A program made the translations under genes and the position numbers. Shown piece after piece: positions 54,762 through 64,000 of a stretch of 64,000 nucleotides of DNA (its first letter is position 1; each line of letters opens with the position of its first letter). The notes under the pieces are model-generated. The model ran no database searches, was not told the DNA's origin, and worked only from the letters and a program-made list of their open reading frames with translations. The DNA is taken from NCBI GenBank assembly GCA_051971635.1, contig JBFPLN010000003.1, forward strand, positions 288,001-352,000, given 5' to 3'. The DNA comes from Candidatus Atelocyanobacterium thalassae. Its GTDB lineage: Bacteria; Cyanobacteriota; Cyanobacteriia; Cyanobacteriales; Microcystaceae.

Positions 54762-55559
54762 TTACTTTTTGAAAAAACTAATTAAACGACCGAATAAGTT
54801 ATCATCAACTGCCATAAAGTCAAGAAAAGGAATATTTTTTCCATTTAATCGTTCTGCAATGTTTACAAAAGCTGTTGCAGGTAAGGAATGGTTCTCTTCT
54901 AGCACTAGAGGTTCTCCTTTATTCGTTGAGATAATGATTTTTTCGTCGTCTGGTACTATACCTAATAGAGGAACTACTAGTAAATCTAAAATATCCTCAA
55001 CTGCAATCATTTGATTAGACTGAATCATTTTAGGTTTGATTCGGTTGACTATTAAATGAATTTTTTGAATATCTTCGCTCTCTAAAAGTCCCACTACTCT
55101 GTCAGCATCTCGAACAGCAGCCATCTCAGGAGTAGTAACTATTATAGCCTCATGTGCAGGGGTAATAGCGTTTCGAAAGCCCATTTCTATCCCTGCTGGA
55201 CAATCAATTAGAATAAAATCAAATTTTTTATCTAATTCAGCTACTAATTTTTTCATATCGTCGGGGCATATAGCCTCTTTAGTACGATTTTGGGCTGCTG
55301 GAAGTAACATTAGATTAGGTTGGCGTTTATCTTTGACTAATGCTTTATCTATAGTGCATTGTCCTGCTAAAACATCAACAGCAGTATAAACCACTCTTTG
55401 TTCTAATCCTAAAAGTAAGTCTAAATTTCTTAACCCAAAATCTGCATCAACTAAAACAATTTTAAATCCCAAGTAGGCTATTGCTGATCCTAAATTGGCG
55501 GTAATAGTAGTTTTACCGACGCCTCCCTTTCCAGAAGTAATTACAATTACACGACTCAT
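54762..55559 (-). CDS. minD: Septum site-determining ATPase
   Basis: SGKGGVGKTT, DADFGLRNLDLLLGLE, DCPAGIE, C-terminal amphipathic helix. Confidence 0.98.
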   Translation of the reverse strand: MSRVIVITSGKGGVGKTTITANLGSAIAYLGFKIVLVDADFGLRNLDLLLGLEQRVVYTAVDVLAGQCTIDKALVKDKRQPNLMLLPAAQNRTKEAICPDDMKKLVAELDKKFDFILIDCPAGIEMGFRNAITPAHEAIIVTTPEMAAVRDADRVVGLLESEDIQKIHLIVNRIKPKMIQSNQMIAVEDILDLLVVPLLGIVPDDEKIIISTNKGEPLVLEENHSLPATAFVNIAERLNGKNIPFLDFMAVDDNLFGRLISFFKK

Positions 55560-55596
55560 GATTAAAAACTCTACTATATGGTATGAAGTATTTATT

Positions 55597-56412
55597 TTAC
55601 ATGGCTAAGGATTGTTTTTCGGTCCATTTTTCTTTTTTATTACTAAAGATATGAGTTTTATTAAAATTAATGGCTGATTTTAAATGTATACCTTCTTTAC
55701 TTAAGTAAGCTACTTCTGGCTCTAAGAATTTTGGAGTACTTGAAGGGGGACGAGCAACAGCTGTCCCTATACGAAGTTGTGTAGGTTGCATTCTAAGTGC
55801 CATAACGCAAAACTCTGAATCTCCCTGTGCACCTGCGTGAGCAATACCACGCAAGCATCCCCATATGATAATATCACCATCAGCAATTATTTCTCCTCCT
55901 GGATTAACATCTCCTTGAATAATAATTGTTCCTGGATGACGAATTACTGTACCAGAACGGATAGTTGTTTTTAAATATAAAGGTTCGCTTAGACTACTTT
56001 TTTGAATATTGTTTATAGAATAAATTTTTTTATCAGGAACTTCTTGCTCAACAGAATAGCCTATAGTAGCAGCAGTTACAGCAGTTTGACGACGACTTGT
56101 AAAAACATAAATTAGATTTAATTCTAAAGTCTCTAGGACTTTACTTATGCTATTAAACTGACGACTATCAAGTAAACGATTTTTTGTGATCAAATGTACT
56201 TCAGCTCCAGGCTTCCAGGTTCCTTTATGATGTTTTAAACAATACTTTAGATCTTGTAAGTGCTCTACCCAATTTTTATCTTTCTTGTTAGGTTCAATAT
56301 CTGGCAAGGTTAAATACAGTTTTTCTCCTATTCTCTGTAAGTGAACCTGAGAATACATTTGAATACTAGATAGATTAGTATTTGTTTGAGAAGTAATGTC
56401 CTTAGAACTCAT
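55597..56412 (-). CDS. minC: Septum site-determining protein (start probably 56412; the track's 56442 lies inside a hairpin)
   Basis: TIRSG...GDVNPGGEIIADGDIIIWGCLRGIAHAG...PTQLRI...PEVA. Confidence 0.95.
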   Translation of the reverse strand: MSSKDITSQTNTNLSSIQMYSQVHLQRIGEKLYLTLPDIEPNKKDKNWVEHLQDLKYCLKHHKGTWKPGAEVHLITKNRLLDSRQFNSISKVLETLELNLIYVFTSRRQTAVTAATIGYSVEQEVPDKKIYSINNIQKSSLSEPLYLKTTIRSGTVIRHPGTIIIQGDVNPGGEIIADGDIIIWGCLRGIAHAGAQGDSEFCVMALRMQPTQLRIGTAVARPPSSTPKFLEPEVAYLSKEGIHLKSAINFNKTHIFSNKKEKWTEKQSLAM

Positions 56413-56513
56413 ACAATTAATTCTTTCAAAAATGTTAAGCATCAGCTTAACATTAACTGATGCTTAATTTAATGGTTTTTAAGATAATAAATTTACTCTA
56501 TCTTGGCTATAAC

Positions 56514-57878
56514 TTAACGCATAGTGACAAATTCTTCGGCAGATGTTGGATGAATTCCAACTGTGGCATCAAAATTTGCTTTTGTGGCACCCGCTTTAAT
56601 CGCAATAGCTATACCTTGAATGATTTCAGAAGCATAATTACCAACCATATGTGCTCCTATTACGCGATCGCTATCTCGATGAACAACTAATTTCATCAAA
56701 GTTTTTTCTTCTTTTTCTGGTAAAACATAGTACATTGGACGAAATTGACTTTTATAAATTTTAATTCCGTCTTCTCCATATTGTTCTTTAGCTTCAGATT
56801 CTGTTAAGCCTACAGTAGCAGCTTCTGGAGTACTAAAGATTGCAGAAGGAACGTTTTCATAATTCATAACTCTTGTATTATGACCAAAATGAGAATCTGC
56901 AAATAATCTACCCTCGTTAATAGCAACAGGAGTTAAATTAATACGATTAGTACAGTCTCCTACTGCATAAATATTTGGTTTATTTGTGCAATTATATTTA
57001 TCAACAACTATGGCTCCTTTATTAACTTCAACACCAATATTTTCCAAGCCTAAATTATCTAGATTAGGCTTGCGCCCAGTCGCTGCTAGTCCAATAGTGT
57101 CTGCTAGAACTATTTCATTGTTTTTGTTACCTTTTATAGAAATTTTTAAACCTTGAGGTGTTTTTTCTATGCTAGTAACCTCAGAATTTTTAAGAATTTG
57201 AATATTATGATTTTCCATAGATGTCTGAATAGCTAATCTAAGATCATCGTCAAATCCTCGTAGTATTCTGTCTCGTCTAATAATTTGAATTACTTCTGAT
57301 CCTAAACCACGCATAATACAAGCAAACTCTACACCTATATAACCACCACCCCAAATAACAATGCGTTTAGGCTGTTCAGAAAGAGTAAAAATTTGATCAG
57401 AAGTAATTGTATGCTCAATACCTGAAATATTGGGTTTAACAGGATATCCTCCAACAGCAATTAAGATCTTATTTGCAGTAACTCTATTCTCTCCTACTTC
57501 TACAGTGTGATTGTCAACGAATTTTCCACGACCTTGAAAAATTTTAACTTTTGAAGTATCCAACATTTTTTGGTAGATACCATTCAATCGTTTTGTTTCT
57601 TTTCCAATAGAAGTCGTCATTTTAGACCAGTCTAAAACACTTGATACATTACTCCATCCATATCCTTGAGATTCAGCAAATGATTCGGGGAAATGAGAGG
57701 TGTAAACCATTAACTTTTTGGGAATACATCCACGATTGACACATGTCCCACCTAGACGATCATATTCTGCCAGGCCAACCTTAGCTCCATATTCTGCAGC
57801 TCGTCTAGCAGTCGCTATACCTCCTGAACCTGCACCAATAACAAATAAATCAAAATCATATCCCATAATGGTATTCAT
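56514..57878 (-). CDS. gor: Glutathione-disulfide reductase (alternative start 57866)
   Basis: GAGSGG, GGTCVNRGCIPKK redox disulfide, GGGYIGVEF, GIHPTSAEE. Confidence 0.96.
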   Translation of the reverse strand: MNTIMGYDFDLFVIGAGSGGIATARRAAEYGAKVGLAEYDRLGGTCVNRGCIPKKLMVYTSHFPESFAESQGYGWSNVSSVLDWSKMTTSIGKETKRLNGIYQKMLDTSKVKIFQGRGKFVDNHTVEVGENRVTANKILIAVGGYPVKPNISGIEHTITSDQIFTLSEQPKRIVIWGGGYIGVEFACIMRGLGSEVIQIIRRDRILRGFDDDLRLAIQTSMENHNIQILKNSEVTSIEKTPQGLKISIKGNKNNEIVLADTIGLAATGRKPNLDNLGLENIGVEVNKGAIVVDKYNCTNKPNIYAVGDCTNRINLTPVAINEGRLFADSHFGHNTRVMNYENVPSAIFSTPEAATVGLTESEAKEQYGEDGIKIYKSQFRPMYYVLPEKEEKTLMKLVVHRDSDRVIGAHMVGNYASEIIQGIAIAIKAGATKANFDATVGIHPTSAEEFVTMR

Positions 57879-58281
57879 CTCCTAAAACAGTAGGATGTCT
57901 GAAATTTTCTAATATTCTTTCCTATCTATCTTATCCCCTACAGGGATGATTTTTAACAATTTATTTATATATAACTAAGTATCGATAAATTGTCTTAGAG
58001 TATTAGGAAATTGTTTTAGAAAAAATGAAAAACTACTATTTAGAAAGTAAGATAGAAATCTGATAAATATCAAGCCATAAAAATTTTTTTAGCATGATAA
58101 AAACACTAATGTTAGTTTAAACTTTAATAATCATATGAAAGGTATTGCTATAAATTATTAAACATGCTTTATCAATAATAAACTATATTATATGAGGTTA
58201 TATTTTTAAAAATTCATATAAAAGATAAATAGCACATCTTATAATCATAAGTTATACTGTTGGTTTCACTAAAAAATTGAC

Positions 58282-58833
58282 ATGGTAAGCGATAAACTTA
58301 TTTTCTATCAAAACGTTCTTGGTTCTCGCCGTTTGAGTAACTTTTTTTGGGCAATAGTGACGATGATAGGTGGCATAGGATTTCTCTTAGCAGGACTTTC
58401 TAGTTATCTGAGCATAAATTTATTAATCGTTAGCGACGTATCATCCCTTCAATTTATTCCACAAGGTATCGCCTTAATGTTCTATGGAATAACAGGTTCG
58501 TTACTATCTTTATATCAATGGTTTATGATTTTTTTGAATATTGGTAGTGGTTATAATGAGTTTAATAAAAAAACTAATATGGTAACTATTTTTCGTTGGG
58601 GTTTTCCTGGCAAAAATCGCCGTATTGAGTTTACCTGTCCTCTCGAAGATGTAAAGGCAATCCGGGCAGAGATTAGAGATGGAATAAATACAAAACGTAA
58701 GCTTTATCTTAAAGTTAAAAATAAACGAGATATCCCTTTGACTCGTATTGGAGAACCTATATCTCTATCTAATTTAGAAAACCAAGCAGCAGAATTAGCA
58801 AGTTTCCTGTCAGTCCCTCTCGAAGGAATTTGA
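58282..58833 (+). CDS. ycf4: Photosystem I assembly protein
   Basis: GSRRLSNFFWA, FIPQGIALMFYG, GSGYNEF, IFRWGFPGKNR. Confidence 0.97.
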   Translation: MVSDKLIFYQNVLGSRRLSNFFWAIVTMIGGIGFLLAGLSSYLSINLLIVSDVSSLQFIPQGIALMFYGITGSLLSLYQWFMIFLNIGSGYNEFNKKTNMVTIFRWGFPGKNRRIEFTCPLEDVKAIRAEIRDGINTKRKLYLKVKNKRDIPLTRIGEPISLSNLENQAAELASFLSVPLEGI

Positions 58834-58931
58834 TCGCAAATAATAAAGCATATAATTGTTAAATCTTAAAAAAGTTTTTATTTGCTCTCTTTGTAAAAAA
58901 TTTCTAGACACTTTGATATTCGAAGAATCAT

Positions 58932-59666
58932 ATGAGAAAACCAGAAAAAATTTACTTAAAAGCTTTTTTAAATATCATGTTTACGAGCAATCTTATCCTT
59001 ACAGGATGTAGTGAAATATCTAATGATTCTAATACTTTAGGATCTAGAGATGAAATCACTAGTACTAAAGGAATTAATCAAATAAGTATGGATCGATACA
59101 TGCCCAGACTTGAGAGTACTGCAATTGTTGAAATAGATATTAATGGCTCTACTGTAATCATTGAGGTTAATGGTCAGGATGCACCGATTACAGCAGGAAA
59201 TTTTATAGATTTGGTAGAACGTGGTTTTTATAACGGTTTAGTTTTCCACCGCGTAATAAAAGATCCTACGCCGTTTGTCGCTCAAGGTGGTGATCCTGAT
59301 GGAACAGGAATGGGAGGATTTATAGATTCAAAAACTAAACAAAGGAGATACATCCCTTTGGAAATTAAGCTAGAAGATGAAGAAAAACCTATTTATAATC
59401 AATCTTTGGGAATTCAGGGTTCAGCATCTCCAAAATCAGTAGTTTTAAAACATGAAAGAGGTTCAATAGCTATGGCCCGTTCAGCTATGCCTGACTCTGC
59501 ATCATCTCAGTTTTATATTGCTTTATCAGATTTAGATTTTCTAAATGGAGATTATGCTGTGTTTGGTAAAGTAATTCAAGGGATGAAAATAGTTGATAAT
59601 CTTAAAGAAGGAGATCGTATTAACTCTATATATGTAACTTCTGGTTTAGAGAAATTTAAAAAATAA
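58932..59666 (+). CDS. Cyclophilin-type peptidyl-prolyl isomerase (putative lipoprotein, LTGC)
   Basis: APITAGNF, FHRVI, QGGDP, AMARS...SASSQFYI, YAVFGKV. Confidence 0.93.
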   Translation: MRKPEKIYLKAFLNIMFTSNLILTGCSEISNDSNTLGSRDEITSTKGINQISMDRYMPRLESTAIVEIDINGSTVIIEVNGQDAPITAGNFIDLVERGFYNGLVFHRVIKDPTPFVAQGGDPDGTGMGGFIDSKTKQRRYIPLEIKLEDEEKPIYNQSLGIQGSASPKSVVLKHERGSIAMARSAMPDSASSQFYIALSDLDFLNGDYAVFGKVIQGMKIVDNLKEGDRINSIYVTSGLEKFKK

Positions 59667-59899
59667 ATTTTTAGGAAAACTGCACCAAATTAAGAATATT
59701 AAAAATAGGTAATCTGGCCATCTTGAAGCTTAAACTCTTTTATAAAAATAAAACTTTTTTGACCAAGTATAAATCATTCGATATTTTATACTATTATTAT
59801 AGGCTATTTTTATAGCCTCGAGAATAATCATGGTTCTCATAGTTGTTAAAACATTATCTTTCAAATTCAACCTACGTTATATCGTAATTCTTTACAGTT

Positions 59900-62059
59900 A
59901 TGACACAGACAAAATCTGTTGATTTAACAATTAATTTTAAAGATAGTAAATACTATTTTAATCGTGAATTAAGCTGGCTAGAATTTAATTATCGTGTTCT
60001 AAATGAAGCTTTAGATACTCGTACACCTTTGTTAGAAAGACTTAAGTTTACTGCTATTTTCAGTTCTAATCTTGATGAATTCTTTATGGTACGTATAGCA
60101 GGATTAAAACAGCAAATTCAGGCGGGAGTCACTAAATTAACCTTTGATGGGTGTACCCCTTTAGAACAATTAGTGGCTATTAGTGAACGTCTTCATTCTT
60201 TGATCAACGAACAAGACTATCTTTTTGAATACACTTTAAGAAACCTTTTGGCTGTTCAGGGGATTTGCCTAGTAAATTATATAGATCTTGATCAAAAGCA
60301 ACGCACATATTTACATCAATATTTTGATGCAAATATTTTTCCAGTTTTGACTCCTTTGGCAGTTGATACTTCACATCCTTTTCCATATATTTCTAATTTA
60401 AGTCTAAACTTAGGTGTCGTAATATGTAACCCTGAAACAAAAGAAGAGCATTTTGCACGTGTTAAAGTTCCTAGTGTATTACCTCGTTTTATTGCTCTTC
60501 CTCAAAAACTATATAGTCAAACAGAAACTAAACCCATAGTTTGGCAAGGTATACCGCTAGAACAAGTAATTGCTCATAATCTTGAAGCTTTATTTCCTGG
60601 AATGATAGTACAAGAATGTTATCCTTTCAGAGTAACTAGAAATGCAGATTTGTCAGTTGAAGAAGATGAAGCAGATGATTTATTATTAGCTATTGAGCAA
60701 GAGTTAAGAAGACGTAATATAGGCAGATCTGCAGTACGTCTAGAGATTCATGCTTCAACGCCTAAATCAATTAGGCAACAATTAGTTGAAGATTTAGAAT
60801 TAGAAGAAATAGATGTATATGATATTCAAGGACTATTAGGTTTGAAAGATTTATTATACTTTTTATCTCTTCCTTATCCAAAGCTGAAATATGAAAGTTG
60901 GAGTTCTGTTATTCCAAAAAGTTTAAATAAAGTAAAGAAAGTCATCAATGGTAGTAGTAAAAAAAAAATTGAGTTTAATAAACAAGATATTTTTTCCTTA
61001 ATTCGACAGTCAGATATTTTAGTTCATCATCCTTACCAGTCTTTTAGCGCTTCTGTAGAACAGTTTATTACTCAAGCCGCCTATGATCCAGATGTTTTAA
61101 CTATTAAGATGACGTTATATAGAACTTCAGGTGATTCTCCTATCATTGAGGCATTAATTGCTGCCGCGGCTAATGAAAAACAGGTAGTTACTTTAATAGA
61201 GTTGAAAGCTAGATTTGATGAAGAGAATAATATTATTTGGGCTCGGCGTCTTGAACAATCAGGAGTTCATGTAGTGTATGGCTTAGTAGGTTTAAAAACC
61301 CACACAAAAATTGCTCTAATTGTTCGAAAGGAGGGAGAGAAAATTCGTCGTTATGTTCATATAGGTACTGGAAATTATAATTCTAAAACAGCTAATTTAT
61401 ATACAGATTTGGGATTATTTAGTTGTCGCGAAGAATTGGGAGCAGATTTAACAGATTTGTTTAACTTTTTAACAGGTTATTCATGCCAAAAGCTCTATCG
61501 TAAATTGCTAGTAGCACCAGTTAATATGCGCAATCGTATATTATCCATGATTGATAGAGAGATTAAGCATTGTCATAAAGGAGGTAAGGGCCATATAATC
61601 GCGAAAATGAATTCATTGGTAGATCCGGAAATTATTGAAGCACTTTATATAGCATCTCAAGTAGGGGTTAAAATTGATTTAATTATTAGAGGAATTTGTT
61701 GTCTTAGACCTGGAGTTGAAGGAATAAGCAATAATATTCGAGTTATTAGCGTAATAGGACGTTTTTTAGAACATTCACGGATTTTTTATCTGTATAACGG
61801 AGGGAGGAAAGAATTTTATATTGGTAGTGCAGATTGGATGACGCGCAATTTTGTTCGTCGAGTAGAAGCTATCACTCTTGTCGATGATCCTAAAATTTCT
61901 CACGAATTAGAGGAAATATTAAAGGTAATATTGAGAGATGATTGTCAAGCTTGGGAATTAAAATTTAGTGGTAATTATGTACGACGTTTCCCTGCAAAAA
62001 ATAATTATAAAAAAAATTCTCAAAAAATATTTATGGAAATGGCATTAAAGTCTCTATAG
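59900..62059 (+). CDS. ppk1: Polyphosphate kinase 1
   Basis: NRELSWLEFN, SNLDEFFMVR, HHPY, ELKARFDEENN, LKTHTK, GSADWM. Confidence 0.98.
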   Translation: MTQTKSVDLTINFKDSKYYFNRELSWLEFNYRVLNEALDTRTPLLERLKFTAIFSSNLDEFFMVRIAGLKQQIQAGVTKLTFDGCTPLEQLVAISERLHSLINEQDYLFEYTLRNLLAVQGICLVNYIDLDQKQRTYLHQYFDANIFPVLTPLAVDTSHPFPYISNLSLNLGVVICNPETKEEHFARVKVPSVLPRFIALPQKLYSQTETKPIVWQGIPLEQVIAHNLEALFPGMIVQECYPFRVTRNADLSVEEDEADDLLLAIEQELRRRNIGRSAVRLEIHASTPKSIRQQLVEDLELEEIDVYDIQGLLGLKDLLYFLSLPYPKLKYESWSSVIPKSLNKVKKVINGSSKKKIEFNKQDIFSLIRQSDILVHHPYQSFSASVEQFITQAAYDPDVLTIKMTLYRTSGDSPIIEALIAAAANEKQVVTLIELKARFDEENNIIWARRLEQSGVHVVYGLVGLKTHTKIALIVRKEGEKIRRYVHIGTGNYNSKTANLYTDLGLFSCREELGADLTDLFNFLTGYSCQKLYRKLLVAPVNMRNRILSMIDREIKHCHKGGKGHIIAKMNSLVDPEIIEALYIASQVGVKIDLIIRGICCLRPGVEGISNNIRVISVIGRFLEHSRIFYLYNGGRKEFYIGSADWMTRNFVRRVEAITLVDDPKISHELEEILKVILRDDCQAWELKFSGNYVRRFPAKNNYKKNSQKIFMEMALKSL

Positions 62060-62104
62060 GTGAAAATAGTTATTTTAAATTCATTACTAGAAGTGATTCT
62101 TGTT

Positions 62105-62737
62105 TTATGATTTATCATCAATCTTAGGTTCTATACCTTTCAAAAGACGTATGATATTATCTTGATGTCGATAAATTACATATATTCCTATACTCATTAT
62201 AAATAAACAGTACGGTAAAGGTTGGTTGAAAAAAATAGTTAATAAATTAGCTATTAAAACTCCTACTATAGAACTGATTGAGACAATACGAGATACAGAT
62301 AACGTGATCAGAAAACCTGCTAATGAACCTAATGCAACAAAAGGATTTAAGACTAATAAAACTCCTAAACTAGAAGCTACAGATTTACCACCAGTAAAAT
62401 TTAAAAAGATGGACTTACTATGGCCAAGAATAGCAGCACTTCCTGCCAGAACAACTAACCAGGCGCTCCATGCTGGATTAAAAGTATTTAACGAAATGTT
62501 AGAAATTATAATTTTAGTTATCAATACTCCTATCATGGCTTTTGATATATCCAAAAATAAAACTACAATAGCTGCTCTTTTACCAATAGTTCTTAATACA
62601 TTAGTAGCTCCTGTGGATCCTGAGCCAAAGTTTCGAATATCAATTTTTTTTAAATATAATCCTATTATGTAACCTGTAGGAAAAGAACCAAGAATGTAAC
62701 AGATCACAAATATAGATATTGTAATTAACAAGGACAT
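62105..62737 (-). CDS. plsY: Glycerol-3-phosphate acyltransferase
   Basis: YILGSFP, DIRNFGSGSTGATNVLR, FTGGKSVA, HQDNIIRL. Confidence 0.95.
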   Translation of the reverse strand: MSLLITISIFVICYILGSFPTGYIIGLYLKKIDIRNFGSGSTGATNVLRTIGKRAAIVVLFLDISKAMIGVLITKIIISNISLNTFNPAWSAWLVVLAGSAAILGHSKSIFLNFTGGKSVASSLGVLLVLNPFVALGSLAGFLITLSVSRIVSISSIVGVLIANLLTIFFNQPLPYCLFIMSIGIYVIYRHQDNIIRLLKGIEPKIDDKS

Positions 62738-62802
62738 AGGCTGATTAGTTATTTATTAGTTTAAGAGAATAAATTTTAAGTTTAACAGTGAATATTTAGT
62801 CA

Positions 62803-63948
62803 CTATAAACAATCAATAAAAGCAATATATAGTGGAAATTGAAATAGAAGAAGACTAACTTCTTCTTCTGCTCCATCAATAATAACAAGTGGCAAACAAT
62901 TGTTATTAATTAATCTTTTCGCTCTTTGAACCACAATTTCAGAAGATTCAAATAGTGTAATTCTTCTATCTGGGCCAAAGTCACTACGAGAAATACCTAA
63001 ACAATCTTGTAATCCGCGCCTCCATTTTCCTAGTCTTTTTGGTGTACTAGCTAAAATCAAGATTTTATTATTACTTCCACATAGTTCATTTGATGTAAAA
63101 ATTATTGCTGATGCTACTAGCATATCGTGCAAGCGATTTTTTGTAGAATTAATTACTCCTTTGCGACCTCGTAAAAAAAACCATTCTTTAACTTTTTCAG
63201 CGTGTATTACTTCAAATGTTCTACGGAGCTGCCATGGTATACCATAATAATCAGTCTCCTTCTGATAGTTCTTTATGGTTTTTTCAATCTGTAAATGTTG
63301 TTTTGTGAACCTTTGTGTAGCAAAATAAATTTCTAAATTATCATCTTGATTAGGTATCTCTATATCTTGAGAATTATGCTTAGAATCTTCTTTCTTTGAC
63401 AATTCTAATTACTCAGCAGTTTCTACCAAATCTTGTAAACTACCCACTAAATATTTCTTGAACCCTTGCATTTTAATTGCTAAATTTTTAGAAACTTCAA
63501 TGAAATTAGTATTCATTTCTTCACGAATTTTATTTTTACGACACTCTAAGTTTTTAATTGTAGTCATTAATATTTGTTTTTATTCTTTAAGTTCTATCAA
63601 TCCTTCCTGAACTATTTCTTGTAATATTTGTTCAATCAACTAATTCTTTTCGAATGATTTAGAGTCTTGGTCGTCTTTTAAATTCCCTTTTTCAGTAACA
63701 ATAAAACAGTTTCTCTGTTTTAATATTTTTATTTGTTCAACAAGATCATTAATTTGTTTTTCTAAATTAACAATGTTTTTAGAAAGATCAGTATGATTAA
63801 AACTGTTAGCTTGGTTCTTCTCAAAGATATGAGAGAACGAATCATAAGCTTCTGATTTTTCAGCTTGTAAAGAAGAACTATTGATAGTACTATTTAATAT
63901 TTTATTCTTTGAACTCTTATTAAGAGGTTGTAAATAATTTAATTTCAT
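62803..63948 (-). pseudogene. DUF3086 family gene interrupted by three in-frame stops (joins track ORFs 63640-63948 and 62803-63402)
   Basis: One continuous 382-codon frame: ...SFEKN*LIEQILQEIVQEGLIELKE*KQILMTTIKNLECRKNKIREEMNTNFIEVSKNLAIKMQGFKKYLVGSLQDLVETAE*LELSK...DYYGIPWQLRRTFE. It lies upstream of plsY, as DUF3086 genes usually do. Confidence 0.85.
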
Positions 63949-64000
63949 AAATTTGAATTTTTTTAAAAATTAGGAATAAGACAACTTGCTTCCAGCAAAA

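Overview
This is an AT-rich (about 30% GC by eye), gene-dense housekeeping window from a genome-reduced unicellular cyanobacterium. It keeps PSI-assembly, NDH-1 and pigment genes (ycf4, ndhN, an HliD-like HLIP, crtR, hemE, ftrC) and the uptake-hydrogenase protease hupW. I saw no PSII, phycobilisome or carbon-fixation genes in these 64 kb, and HIP1 repeats are nearly absent. That combination fits the UCYN-A / Ca. Atelocyanobacterium (nitroplast) lineage best; this is inference from gene content only. The window holds about 52 intact CDSs, RNase P RNA (rnpB) and tRNA-Thr(CGT). I found no mobile elements or CRISPR arrays. Features missing from the ORF track: (i) a full-length jag/KhpB pseudogene with 4 in-frame stops and no frameshift; (ii) a DUF3086 pseudogene with 3 in-frame stops, which the track splits into two ORFs; (iii) a 53-aa HLIP; (iv) many long AT-rich intergenic hairpins, some orphaned beside eroded gene relics; (v) a probable non-AUG (ATT) start for recR. 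The best functional lead is an intact BclA/Rv1819c/ABCD-type ABC half-transporter, a candidate route for host peptide or cofactor import.
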